Assembly: GCA_964507105.1 (NCBI GenBank)
Contig: CAZDOR010000002.1
Location: 22,871-82,585, forward strand
Source: an uncultured Candidatus Saccharibacteria bacterium
GTDB taxonomy: Bacteria; Patescibacteriota; Minisyncoccia; Minisyncoccales; PWPS01
Reading direction: 5' to 3'
DNA: 59,715 nt
Notes under the pieces: model-generated
Databases searched by the model: none
Told to the model about the DNA's origin: nothing
The model's input: the letters and a program-made list of their open reading frames with translations, nothing else
Shown here: one piece after another, positions 26,929-36,770 of the stretch
Layout: each line of letters begins with the position of its first letter
Position numbering within the stretch: the first letter of the stretch is position 1
Program-made: the position numbers and the translations under genes

Positions 26929-28010
26929 ATTTTTCTAAAGTAATCGGTTAAATTCTTTTTGAACTGATCGAGTTTTTCGGTTTTAATGGTGAATCCGGCA
27001 GCCGGCGGGTGTCCTCCGTAATTGCTCAAAATTTCTTCCGAAGCGGACATTGCTTTCACGGCATCATATCCGGAAGGAACACGAACTGTTCCTTGAGATT
27101 CTTCTCCCTTTATCTTGTATATGAAAACCGGCTTATTAAGGTCTCTAACCAGCCTGGAAGCAACTTTTCCCAGTAAAAATGATTCGTAATCGGGGCTGCC
27201 GTGGAAAATAATCGGGCTTCCTTTGTAATTCGCTTCGGCCCTTTTTTTTATTTCTTCCACTCTTTTATTCCTTTCTTCGTACTCACGAACAAATTTTTTA
27301 ATCATTCGTTCCGCCTCCTTGCGATCATCTTTTAAAAAGTATAAGAAGGATTCCGGTGTACCGGAAACCATCGAAGTTATATTTAAATAAGAAGAGGCTT
27401 TTTGAAAAAGCTGAAGAGGGTCGTCGATATTCAACTGCTCACTGAGAACATCCATCCCGATAGTTGACGGAAAATTCTTTTCAGCTTCCCGTAAAACTTT
27501 CGCATTTTCATTTTTATGGGGCATCATGTCCGCAAATATAGCCAAGGCCGTATATTCAACAAAGTCTTTTCGCCTTTGATTGAGTAGTAGTTCGGATAAT
27601 TTTAAAATTATGCCCGCATTGGGATATTCCTTGAATCCGCCACGAGTCATTTTCGGACAAACGATTAAATCCGCTTCCGGAGTCCTTTCGTGCGGTTTAT
27701 GGTGATCCAGCACGAGAACATCGAAACCGGTTTTTTTCGCCTTTTTAATACCTTCAAAATTACTTATTCCGCAATCCATTACCACCAAAAGAGCGGGAGC
27801 TTCAGCTTTAAAAATGTCAACGGAACCCGAGCTGAGCCCGTACCCCCTCTTTTCTTTGTTTGTAAAATAACAAGAGGCGTCAAAACCGACTTCTTTTAAA
27901 GTTTTCTTCATAATTAAAGCGGAAGTAACCCCGTCAAGATCCGCGTCAGTATAAAGAACTATTTTTTCAGCTTTTTTTATTTTTTGAGTCGCCTCTTTCA
28001 GGTTTTTCAT
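26925..28010 (-). CDS. RecJ-like DHH/DHHA1 phosphoesterase, short form (361 aa)
   Basis: DADLDG, YGL, MDCG, LDHH, ADMMP, GTVR, GGHPPAAGF. Confidence 0.85.
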   Translation of the reverse strand: MKNLKEATQKIKKAEKIVLYTDADLDGVTSALIMKKTLKEVGFDASCYFTNKEKRGYGLSSGSVDIFKAEAPALLVVMDCGISNFEGIKKAKKTGFDVLVLDHHKPHERTPEADLIVCPKMTRGGFKEYPNAGIILKLSELLLNQRRKDFVEYTALAIFADMMPHKNENAKVLREAEKNFPSTIGMDVLSEQLNIDDPLQLFQKASSYLNITSMVSGTPESFLYFLKDDRKEAERMIKKFVREYEERNKRVEEIKKRAEANYKGSPIIFHGSPDYESFLLGKVASRLVRDLNKPVFIYKIKGEESQGTVRVPSGYDAVKAMSASEEILSNYGGHPPAAGFTIKTEKLDQFKKNLTDYFRKI

Positions 28011-29182
28011 TTTTTTAAAATATCAAGGCCGGGCATACTTCCATCGGAAAGAAAGTTAAGCATGGCACCTCCACCCAAGGAGACATGGTCGATGGAATTT
28101 CTCAAGTCGAATTTCTTCATAGCATAAGCGGTATCGCCACCGCCTATGACAGTTAGAGCTTTGTCGTTTTTAGCCACCTCCTTTCCGATTTGTCGCGTTC
28201 CTTCTTCGAATCTTTCGTTTTCAAAATATCCCAAGGGACCTCCCCAAACTATAGTTCCCGCTTTTTTTAAAATAGTAGAATACTTGTCAACTGTTTTCAA
28301 CCCTATGTCGAAAGCCTTCCACCCTTCCGGTAAAGCGGATACCGGAACAACCTCGGATCGGTCTTGTGGGTTTTCGGCAGATACTACATCAACCGGTAAT
28401 TCAATCTTTTTTGAGTCGAGATTAATATTTTTCACTTTTTCCTTCGTATCTTTTGGAATTTTCATATTCATAACACCTTTCAAGGCAAGGGCGGTATTGG
28501 CCGTCTTTCCTCCCAAAAGTATTTTATCCGCTTTATCGATAAAATACTCTATGGTTTTCACTTTGGAACTTATTTTTGCCCCTCCGACCAAAACGACAAA
28601 AGGCCTTTCGGCTTCGGTTTTTAAGTTCGATAAAACTCCAACTTCTCTCTCGAAAAGAAGTCCGGGGTAAGCGGGTAATATTTTAGGGACACCCCATATT
28701 GAAGCATGTTTTCTATGAGATGCAGAAAAAGCATTGTTAACATAAACATCACCCAATTCAGCCAATGCGGAAGAAAAATCAGGGGTGCACTCCTCTTCAT
28801 CGCGATAATGTCTCAAATTTTCCAAAAGTAAAATTTCCCCTTCTCTCATTTCTTCCGCTTTATTTTTTACTTGCTTTCCTACACAATCTTCAACAAAAGA
28901 GACATCTTCAAAATGCTTCTCAAGTTCGTGATAGACGGGTCGAAGTGAAAATTGAACATCTCGTTCTTTCCCCTTATTTTTAAGTGATTTTTGGTTTTCC
29001 GGACGACCCATATGACTCATCAAAATAATTTTCGCTCCGGAGTCGATTAAATACCGAATAGTCGGTATGGATTCGGTAATTCTGAAGTCGTCGATAACTT
29101 TTCCTTTTTTTACGGAAACATTGTAGTCGCACCTTACCAAGACGGTTTTTTCGGACAAGTCTATATTACTTATGTTTTTCAT
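28007..29182 (-). CDS. pgk: Phosphoglycerate kinase
   Basis: VRCDYNV, SHMGRP, LLENLR, GGAKISSK, GGGDT, VSLGGGA. Confidence 0.97.
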   Translation of the reverse strand: MKNISNIDLSEKTVLVRCDYNVSVKKGKVIDDFRITESIPTIRYLIDSGAKIILMSHMGRPENQKSLKNKGKERDVQFSLRPVYHELEKHFEDVSFVEDCVGKQVKNKAEEMREGEILLLENLRHYRDEEECTPDFSSALAELGDVYVNNAFSASHRKHASIWGVPKILPAYPGLLFEREVGVLSNLKTEAERPFVVLVGGAKISSKVKTIEYFIDKADKILLGGKTANTALALKGVMNMKIPKDTKEKVKNINLDSKKIELPVDVVSAENPQDRSEVVPVSALPEGWKAFDIGLKTVDKYSTILKKAGTIVWGGPLGYFENERFEEGTRQIGKEVAKNDKALTVIGGGDTAYAMKKFDLRNSIDHVSLGGGAMLNFLSDGSMPGLDILKK

Positions 29183-30782
29183 TTGTTTTTTTATTTAAAG
29201 CTTCTTTGAGGGCGTTTTTTAAATCAGACTTTTCGTCTTCACCTTTTTCTTCTTCCAAAGCTTCCCGAAGAGACGTGCTCTTTTTGCCCTCTTCTTTTTT
29301 CTTGTCTTTTTTCTTTTTATCTTTTTTCTTTTTCTTGCTTTCAATTTCATCCATTTTTTTTCTGCATGTCCTGCAGTACGTCGGCCTGGAACCATCGGGA
29401 ATAAAGGGTACTTTGGTTTTTTTGCCACAATTCGAACATTTGGCATCGTAAAGATCAACCTTGGTTCCCGCCGTTTCCTCGAAGTCACCCAACCATCTAT
29501 TCAGTTTTTCTTCTATGACTTCTCTTTCGACTGCATAACGCTCTTTTGAAACCCGGATAATCTTATCCCTTTGCGATTCTTTCCTGGGTTCCGGCGGCGG
29601 AAGAGTTTCAGCCGAGAAAGGCTTGGCGGAAACACCGTCTATCATCAGCTTTACATACACATTGTATTTAGGTAAGTTAATAAAATCTTCAGGATATATG
29701 TCGGGAGTGAACTCTTTCTCCAGAACCTCCGCATCTTCAGCGCCGACTCGAAAAGAGACTATGGTTCCCACATTCCCGAAAACGGCATTCCGCATGGAGT
29801 GACCGACTTTCTCGTCTTCTTCCAGCTGAGAAATGTATTGATGAGCCAAAATCAGCCCCAAACGGTATTTTCTCGCCTCGGATAAAATGGTTACGAATGA
29901 TTTGGTGGCAAAATTTTGAAATTCGTCTATGTAAAGAAAGAAATCTCTTCTCTCTTTTTCCGGAATATCAACCCTGCTCATGGCTGCAAGTTGTAATTTC
30001 GTAACCAAAAGACCACCCAGCAATTTAGCATTGTCTTCCCCTATTTTCCCCTTTGATAAATTTAAAATTAAAATCTTCCCCGAATCCATAACCTCCCGCA
30101 TGTCTATAGTCGACTTCACCTGACCCACTATATTTCTTATCAAGGGAGCGGAGATGAATTGACCGACTTTGTTTTGTATGGCCGCAGTCGCTTCCACGGC
30201 GAATTGCTCAGAGTACCTTCCGAATTCGTTTTTCCAAAAGGACTTGACCATCGGATCGGAAACTTTTCTAATCACGTCCCGGCGGTAATTCTTATCGGCC
30301 ATCATTCTGTTTATTCCCAACATCGTCGAATTGGGATATTCCAACAAGGCCAGTACGGTATTATTCAAAATATATTCCATACGAGCGGACCATACGTCGG
30401 GCCAAATCTTTTTAAATATTCCCATCAAGCCGGAAGCGACCAAGTGCCGCTGATCTTTACCAACTTTTTCCAAGACATTAAAACCTATCGCATGTGAGAC
30501 ATCAGCCGGATTGAAGTAAACAACATCGTTTACTCGTTCCGGTGGAATAAAATCAAGTAATTCCTCCGCCGCCTCTCCATGTGGATCAACAAACCCGAAC
30601 CCTTCTCCGTTTTCAATATCCTGAACCATCATATTCTGAAGCAGTGCCGTCTTCCCCATTCCGGTTTTACCGATTATATAGAAATGCCTTCTTCTGTCAT
30701 CTCTTTTTATACCGAACTTCTTTTTTTGGTTTCTGAAGGTGGTCTTTCCAAAATATGTTATTTTTTCGCTTGGATTTTCCAT
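29166..30782 (-). CDS. VirD4/TraG/HerA-like P-loop ATPase with a C-terminal CxxC-x17-CxxC domain
   Basis: DRRRHFYIIGKTGMGKT, DPHG, YIDEFQNF, EARKYRL, GNVGT...FRVG.EDA; CSNC...CRTC. Confidence 0.88.
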   Translation of the reverse strand: MENPSEKITYFGKTTFRNQKKKFGIKRDDRRRHFYIIGKTGMGKTALLQNMMVQDIENGEGFGFVDPHGEAAEELLDFIPPERVNDVVYFNPADVSHAIGFNVLEKVGKDQRHLVASGLMGIFKKIWPDVWSARMEYILNNTVLALLEYPNSTMLGINRMMADKNYRRDVIRKVSDPMVKSFWKNEFGRYSEQFAVEATAAIQNKVGQFISAPLIRNIVGQVKSTIDMREVMDSGKILILNLSKGKIGEDNAKLLGGLLVTKLQLAAMSRVDIPEKERRDFFLYIDEFQNFATKSFVTILSEARKYRLGLILAHQYISQLEEDEKVGHSMRNAVFGNVGTIVSFRVGAEDAEVLEKEFTPDIYPEDFINLPKYNVYVKLMIDGVSAKPFSAETLPPPEPRKESQRDKIIRVSKERYAVEREVIEEKLNRWLGDFEETAGTKVDLYDAKCSNCGKKTKVPFIPDGSRPTYCRTCRKKMDEIESKKKKKDKKKKDKKKEEGKKSTSLREALEEEKGEDEKSDLKNALKEALNKKTNEKHK

Positions 30783-30785
30783 GAA

Positions 30786-32138
30786 TTATTCTGTAGGTAA
30801 ACCCCAGGGAGCTTCCGCTTTTTTGGAAGAAACTCTTTCCAAAATGGAAGGTGGCGCAGCCACTTTCGAAGGAAAGTGGAAAAGGGTGGCTAATTCTTCG
30901 GTGTTCAAAATAAAAGTTGCATCGGGCAAAGTCCGGGGGTAAAACATCGGCGTTCGCCGAACATAATTCCTTAAAAATTTTCTTTTCAATAAGTACCTTC
31001 TCCGTTCCGGAAACAGAAACCAATTCCACCAATTCTGATCATGTTTAGTTATTGTATCTCCGTAGGGAATTAACGAATTCGTATTGTTGTCGCTGAAATT
31101 ATTAAAGTAACTCATCGGCATTTTGAATTTGGGTAAATCAAGAACATCCTGCCTTCCCAAATAAATGTGATGAATATGGCATTTGAAATATTTTTTTGAT
31201 ATCTTCATCTCCAACCCTTCCAATTTCTTTCGTTCACCGGGAGAAAGTCTCATTTCGGGAGCTATTCCGGTGTCATCCTCGTCTCCCGGATCGTACTCCG
31301 ATATCTGCCAAGTAGTTAAAAACTCAATAAGCATTTCCAAGATACTTCTGGCCTTATTCACTTCCCCAATCCTCTGCAACATCTTATCCTTTTCGGCTTT
31401 TGCTCGATCCAAAAAACCCCCATCATTATCATCTGCTACCGGTTTGGCCTTAATCTGAATCCAAATTTGCTCACCTTCTTTAAGCTTGGCTATCTGCTCC
31501 ATGAGAGAGGCAATCGGATCGACCTTTTCTTCATCATCTTCCATCTCGGTTTCAAACTCACGATAAGTCCTGATCGGATAACAATCGGGATTGGTCATTT
31601 TATAGCTGGAACCCATGAAATCCCACCTTTCATTGGGTATGTTCATCGGAACCTTTTTTACGTAATCTTCAACTTCTCTTATTTCCGCTTCGGCATACTG
31701 AGAATAGATGTGACTTTCAAAAAGTTCTCTGTGAGGTTTTGGACATCTTACTAAAAAATGGGGAACTCCGTTTACTCCCGCAAACTCCAAAGAAAAAGAG
31801 AGGTCTTGTTCACCCAATATCCATTTCTGATACCAATTCGGTGGACCGTATATTTGCCAAAAACCGTGCAAAACGGACTCCATCGCTCTTATCGGCTTTT
31901 TTATATCACTGGGAGGTCGAATTTCAAGCAATATCGATTCCGGGCGCTCATATACGTCCCATAAGTGCTGTCTCCACTCCAAATAGTAGTGGACGAAAAC
32001 GGGCCATAAAATAAAAGGAAGCGGTAACCACCACCAGGTAGCTACAAACTCCAGCAAACCCTCCAAAAAAGGGGTGGTGGCGAGTTCTCCGAACAAGTCA
32101 GTCACTTCCCCCATTGTCTTTGGTAGTATATTTTCCAT
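30786..32138 (-). CDS. Conserved CPR-type membrane-anchored partner of the VirD4-like ATPase
   Basis: WWWLP TM, LLEIRPP, FSLE, Y.EAEI.EVEDY, YPIRTY.EF, ILNTEELATLFHFP. Confidence 0.75.
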   Translation of the reverse strand: MENILPKTMGEVTDLFGELATTPFLEGLLEFVATWWWLPLPFILWPVFVHYYLEWRQHLWDVYERPESILLEIRPPSDIKKPIRAMESVLHGFWQIYGPPNWYQKWILGEQDLSFSLEFAGVNGVPHFLVRCPKPHRELFESHIYSQYAEAEIREVEDYVKKVPMNIPNERWDFMGSSYKMTNPDCYPIRTYREFETEMEDDEEKVDPIASLMEQIAKLKEGEQIWIQIKAKPVADDNDGGFLDRAKAEKDKMLQRIGEVNKARSILEMLIEFLTTWQISEYDPGDEDDTGIAPEMRLSPGERKKLEGLEMKISKKYFKCHIHHIYLGRQDVLDLPKFKMPMSYFNNFSDNNTNSLIPYGDTITKHDQNWWNWFLFPERRRYLLKRKFLRNYVRRTPMFYPRTLPDATFILNTEELATLFHFPSKVAAPPSILERVSSKKAEAPWGLPTE

Positions 32139-33093
32139 CCGAGGTTCTCTTGAAGTATTTTTTATTGCTCAAATTTTGAATAACCGTATTCTTCTTCACC
32201 ATTCGCTTTTTCAGAACCTTGTTTACTATTTCGTCTTTGGAAAGTGGTCTATCGGCTTTTTCTATTATTCTTTTTATAACGTCTTTTACTTCTCCTTCTT
32301 TATAACCCCATTCTTTCAAGGCGTATATCCCTCTACCGACCAAGACGAATCTGTCATCTTTTATCAGTTCATTATGAACGGTTTGCGGATTAGTATCTTC
32401 TCCTATCAATTTAGCTACCTTCTTAAAGTGTAACGGTTTTCCTTTTTTCTTCAAAGCAATGTAAGCCATATCCTTCACGCCCCTGGGGCTTACTTCCGGC
32501 CAGTTTTTAAGACCGAAAAGTCCTTGAGGGCCTTGTTTCACATCTTTAGAAATCTCAAGATAGGATATGAATTTATGAGTCGGATAATCGGGAGAAGACT
32601 TTAATTTCTCCAAAGGAACCGGTTTTTTAATTGATTTTAATTTATCGTAAGAATTTTGAATTATATCTTCAGCGATGCTCAATGAGCTCTTGTCTGTAAG
32701 CCAGTGGGGGTGAAGCTCATCAGTTTCTCTGTTTTTGTCGAAAGAGTCTCCCAAACTCAATAAAAAACTAACATAATTGGCGTCGTGATAACTTCTATCA
32801 CCCAAAATAAAAAGTAATCTGTCTTCTCTCTTTAGTCCACCGAAAAGATCTATCTTTTCATTGAAAGTATTAAAAACATTTTCGTAATTATTTATTTTTT
32901 TACTTAATTTTTTCAACCCTTCTTTTTCGATTTGCCTGACTCTTTCTCTGGTAATTTGATAACTGTCTCCTATGGACTCCAGGGTTTCCGGTTGTCCGCT
33001 CTCCTGCAATCCGAATCTTCGCAAAATAACATCCTTGGTTCTTCCCGGCAAATCGTCCAATAAATCAGAACAAACTTTTGGATAATCGTACAT
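32098..33093 (-). CDS. Sigma70 region-4 HTH + HARE-HTH (RNAP delta-like) protein
   Basis: RRFGL...TLESIG..Y.ITRERVRQIE; KPLHF..VA; HNELIKD.RFVLVGRG.YAL.EWG. Confidence 0.85.
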   Translation of the reverse strand: MYDYPKVCSDLLDDLPGRTKDVILRRFGLQESGQPETLESIGDSYQITRERVRQIEKEGLKKLSKKINNYENVFNTFNEKIDLFGGLKREDRLLFILGDRSYHDANYVSFLLSLGDSFDKNRETDELHPHWLTDKSSLSIAEDIIQNSYDKLKSIKKPVPLEKLKSSPDYPTHKFISYLEISKDVKQGPQGLFGLKNWPEVSPRGVKDMAYIALKKKGKPLHFKKVAKLIGEDTNPQTVHNELIKDDRFVLVGRGIYALKEWGYKEGEVKDVIKRIIEKADRPLSKDEIVNKVLKKRMVKKNTVIQNLSNKKYFKRTSDGKYTTKDNGGSD

Positions 33094-33169
33094 TTGTTTA
33101 ACCGAAGATTTTTTCTCTCCGGTGATTACTTTCGAATATTATTTATTTTACCATTTTTAATTCAGGATA

Positions 33170-34072
33170 TCAAGCTCTTTCCCGCCATTTCAAAAGGAGA
33201 GAGCTGGCCAAAAATATGGAAGAATAGGTACCCAGTGCCACTCCCAAAATCAAAGCTAATATGAAATAAAAAAGTGTGTTCGCTCCGAAAAACAGTATGG
33301 CGAACAAAACGAGCAAGGTAGTAAGTGAGGTGTTTATCGATCTCGAAAGAGTTTCATTCAAACTTTTGTTTACTATTTCCTCGAATTTTCCGGAAGCCCT
33401 TTCCAGATTTTCTCTAACCCGATCGAAAATAACCACTGTGTCATTCAAGGAGTATCCCAAAGTGGTAAGCAGGGCCACCGCAATAGGGATCGTAAACTGA
33501 ACTCCGTAAAAATAGCCCAGGACGGAAAAGAAGCCGACTATAATCAAAACATCATGAAAAAAAGCTACCAATGTGGCCGTAGCACCGTATTGCCAAGAAG
33601 ATACCGGTCCGGTGGCTCCGGAAAAGGCAAAAGCTATATAAACTATAACCATAAGGGAGGCAACTATTATTGCCGCTATCGTTGTATTTCTCAACTCTCG
33701 TCCTACGGCCGGGCCAATCGACTCCGACTCCCTTATTTCCGCCCCCTCCAAAACACCCATAATTTCGTAAAAAACATCTTCGTCGGTTTCGGTCGTTCTA
33801 ATTATAAATCCGTCGAATTGATCTTGTTCTTCCCGGCTTTCCATTTCTTGAATCTGAAAATCATCCAACCCCAAACCATCTATCTTTTCTCTAACCTCTT
33901 CTATGGGAGGTCTTTGTTCATGCTCGTAAGCCACCTCCAGAACACTTCCGCCCGCAAGCTCTATTCCAAAGTTAAATCCGAAGATAATTATAGCCAAAAC
34001 GGAAACCAGCACCAAAATACCGGAAAAAATTAAGTATTTTTCTTTATGTTTCGTAAAATTAATCATATCCAA
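33170..34072 (-). CDS. secF: Protein translocase subunit SecF
   Basis: FGIELAGG, IGPAVG.EL, GYSLNDTVVIFDRVRE, RSINTS. Confidence 0.96.
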   Translation of the reverse strand: MDMINFTKHKEKYLIFSGILVLVSVLAIIIFGFNFGIELAGGSVLEVAYEHEQRPPIEEVREKIDGLGLDDFQIQEMESREEQDQFDGFIIRTTETDEDVFYEIMGVLEGAEIRESESIGPAVGRELRNTTIAAIIVASLMVIVYIAFAFSGATGPVSSWQYGATATLVAFFHDVLIIVGFFSVLGYFYGVQFTIPIAVALLTTLGYSLNDTVVIFDRVRENLERASGKFEEIVNKSLNETLSRSINTSLTTLLVLFAILFFGANTLFYFILALILGVALGTYSSIFLASSLLLKWRERA

Positions 34073-35526
34073 ATATTCTTTATTTCCGTTAATTTAGTTC
34101 CGGAAAAGGAAAATATAAAGCTCCTCGTAATTACCATAGCTGTAAAAAGGCTGATTAGAATACCGATTATCAAAACGGTGGCAAAACCCTGAACAAAGCT
34201 GGTGGAAACGAAAAAGAGAATTAATGCTACCACTATCGTAGTTAAGTTTCCGTCCCGTATCGACGGCCAAGCCCGGGAGAATCCGTCCTCGACAGCTCTA
34301 TCAAAAGACTTTCCATTGTCGATTTCTTCTCGTATTCTGGAAAAAATTAAAATGTTTGCATCTATCGCCATTCCAATCGAAAGTACGAATCCGGCTATAC
34401 CGGAAAGAGTAAGTGTTACTCCCAAAATTTTAAACGCGAAAAGAACAAAAGCAACGTAAATAAGCAAGGACAAGGAAGCTAAAAAGCCGAGCAGCTTATA
34501 ATAAAAAATCATAAAAACCAATACCGCAACAAGACCTATCGCCCCCGCCCTGACCGAAGACTCCAAGGCTCCGCGACCGAGATCGGGTCCTATCGTTCTC
34601 TGGGATATCACTTCTATGGGAACCGGAAGAGCTCCTATTTGCAGATCCCGAGATATTTCACGAGCTTCTTCGGCTGTTAAATTACCACTTATTTGAGCTT
34701 CTCCGCGAGGTATTTCGGTCTGTATCGTTGCTTGTTGAATTTGTCTCCCATCAAGATAAGTAGCCAACAGCTCTCCCTTGTTTTCCGCAGTTACTTTTCT
34801 CAACACCTCCGCTCCTTCGGAGTCGAACCTTAAAGTGACCGCGGGCCGACCACTCGTTTCATCAAATCTAACATCAGCATCCTGTAAAAATCTACCCGTC
34901 AACTCCGGATCGGTCGGTCCGAATACGCTTTCGAAAGCCAGTTCCCAATCTTCAATCTCTTTTTCCAAATCCTCAATCTCTTCTTCGGGAAGGTCTTCGA
35001 TTAAAATCTTTTCAAAATTTTCTTCGTAATCATTCCTGAACCAATTTCCCAAATATTGACGGACTTCGAGTCGTTTATTTTCTATCTCTTCAATTTTTTC
35101 CTCATCATCTATCCTTACCCTGAATTCTAAAAAGGGAGTTTCTCCGATTTGCTTTATTGCTTCCTCCTGATCTCTGACCCCCGGTAGTTCAACTGCCAAA
35201 CGATCCCCTCTCACCTGAACCAGCGGTTCGCCGATTCCGAAGTGGTCCACTCTTCTTTCAACCAAATCCCTCAATGCCCGCATTCTATCCGGTTGTTCCC
35301 CATCCGGAACCCCTTCCAAATCCGCCTGATACAAAAGAGAAGCACCCCCTTGTAAGTCCAGGCCGAGTTCAAATTCCGTTTCTCTAAACCTCCTTTCTAT
35401 TTCGAAAGGAGAAAAATCATTAAACTCCTCTATCTTTCGATTAAAAAATTGCGGACTGATATAAGCGGTAGCGAAAAAGGTCACCACCAAAACAATTATT
35501 GTAGTTATTATCGACTTTTTTCTCAT
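34063..35526 (-). CDS. secD: Protein translocase subunit SecD
   Basis: LGLDLQGG, LQIGALPVP, IGPDLG, GMAIDANILIF.RIRE; start moved to MRKKS. Confidence 0.96.
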   Translation of the reverse strand: MRKKSIITTIIVLVVTFFATAYISPQFFNRKIEEFNDFSPFEIERRFRETEFELGLDLQGGASLLYQADLEGVPDGEQPDRMRALRDLVERRVDHFGIGEPLVQVRGDRLAVELPGVRDQEEAIKQIGETPFLEFRVRIDDEEKIEEIENKRLEVRQYLGNWFRNDYEENFEKILIEDLPEEEIEDLEKEIEDWELAFESVFGPTDPELTGRFLQDADVRFDETSGRPAVTLRFDSEGAEVLRKVTAENKGELLATYLDGRQIQQATIQTEIPRGEAQISGNLTAEEAREISRDLQIGALPVPIEVISQRTIGPDLGRGALESSVRAGAIGLVAVLVFMIFYYKLLGFLASLSLLIYVAFVLFAFKILGVTLTLSGIAGFVLSIGMAIDANILIFSRIREEIDNGKSFDRAVEDGFSRAWPSIRDGNLTTIVVALILFFVSTSFVQGFATVLIIGILISLFTAMVITRSFIFSFSGTKLTEIKNIWI

Positions 35527-35537
35527 AATTCTTGATG

Positions 35538-35566
35538 AGTATGACAAAATTATTGATTACTGTCAA
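35538..35566 (-). promoter_or_regulatory. Putative sigma70 promoter of secDF
   Basis: TTGACA-17 bp-(TGn)CATACT. Confidence 0.55.
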
Positions 35567-35591
35567 AAAAAAAGGGGCTCTTGAGAGCCCC
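35565..35591 (-). terminator. Intrinsic terminator
   Basis: GGGGCTC-TCAA-GAGCCCC-T9. Confidence 0.85.
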
Positions 35592-35595
35592 CCGT

Positions 35596-35805
35596 TTACG
35601 ATTTGGATCGGTCTATAACTTTCCTCAAAAAGCTCTCGATGATAAGAAAACTATCTCTGATCGGGCCCTCCAGCCCTTCTTCTATTATATCTTCGGCCTT
35701 TGCGAGGTCCAGCTTTTCATCCTCCTCGGCTTTTTTTCTCAAATCATCCAAAATTCGAAGCTGAGCAGCAATTTGACCCCATTTTTCTTTCCAATCGGAA
35801 CTCAT
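35596..35805 (-). CDS. Orphan helical protein, 69 aa
   Basis: SD AAAGGAGG; followed by a terminator. Confidence 0.75.
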   Translation of the reverse strand: MSSDWKEKWGQIAAQLRILDDLRKKAEEDEKLDLAKAEDIIEEGLEGPIRDSFLIIESFLRKVIDRSKS

Positions 35806-35882
35806 TTTTTTTCCTCCTTTCGGATATAACTCAAGCTCCTCACTGATTTTTTATGAAAGCAAAAATAATTAATCTTGTCAAG

Positions 35883-35906
35883 AAAAAACTCCGCGCTTAG
35901 CGGAGT
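35883..35906 (-). terminator. Intrinsic terminator
   Basis: ACTCCGC-TAAGC-GCGGAGT followed by a T run. Confidence 0.8.
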
Positions 35907-36697
35907 TAAGTTTGGCAATAAAAATCAGCCACGGGGGTATTAATTAAAAGCTCTTCCAATTCCCGAAATTCATTCTTCAATTCCAGGGGTTTTACTTTTT
36001 TGGGATTAATATCCATAATTCGGTCCGAGAAGAGGGTGAAGCCTTCAAAAGGATCCCTGAAGGGATTAACCCAATAAACTTTTGAAATGGAAAACTTCAA
36101 TTTAGCCATTCTTCTACTGACCCTATCGAACATAAGCAGTCCGACTTCTTTTTTCGCTTCGGAAACACAGGTGTCCAATTCCCATTTGGTGAATTGTACT
36201 TTTTTAATCAGTTCTTGAATCATTTTCTCATTCGCTTCCCTGATCTTCGTCACTTTTTCCATTTGAACGAAAAAAAATAAAAAGGCGGTTCTGATTTGAG
36301 CAACTTTCCTGGCTTTTCTTCTATTTTGTGGATGATGATGAAGTCTTATTTTTTCTAATTTTTTAAGAGCTTCAAAAAATAAGTCTCTGCTTTCGAAGAG
36401 GCTTTTTTCAAGCTGATTTCTCGTAAAATATTTTTTAAGTTCGCTAAGAACAATCAGAAAAGAATCGAGTTTTTTCTGCGGTTCGTTGAATATGTCTCTG
36501 AAAAGAACATTCGCCTCGGTAATTAAATAATTTATTCTCTCTTCCGAGTAATCAAAAACCTCCCATAAATTTTCAAAGAGCAAAAATCCTTCTGAGAAAT
36601 CAACAAAAATTTGCCCTTCCGGATCGATAAAAATAGATTCGGAGTCTTTTTTTCCTCTTTTTTTTAACTCCTCTTCGTAATAAATCCTTTTGGGCAC
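35906..36697 (-). CDS. Orphan helical protein, 263 aa
   Basis: GTG start with SD GAGGAGGTG; no recognised motif. Confidence 0.75.
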   Translation of the reverse strand: MPKRIYYEEELKKRGKKDSESIFIDPEGQIFVDFSEGFLLFENLWEVFDYSEERINYLITEANVLFRDIFNEPQKKLDSFLIVLSELKKYFTRNQLEKSLFESRDLFFEALKKLEKIRLHHHPQNRRKARKVAQIRTAFLFFFVQMEKVTKIREANEKMIQELIKKVQFTKWELDTCVSEAKKEVGLLMFDRVSRRMAKLKFSISKVYWVNPFRDPFEGFTLFSDRIMDINPKKVKPLELKNEFRELEELLINTPVADFYCQT

Positions 36698-36770
36698 TTA
36701 AACCACCTCCTCTCCCCCGTTTCTTGAGGTTATCATTAAAATTATCAATTTTCAACCTGATACCGGGTGA

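Noticed and set aside
29166-32138. Integrative conjugative element
   Set aside because: VirD4-like ATPase without relaxase, VirB4, integrase or att repeats, embedded among housekeeping genes.
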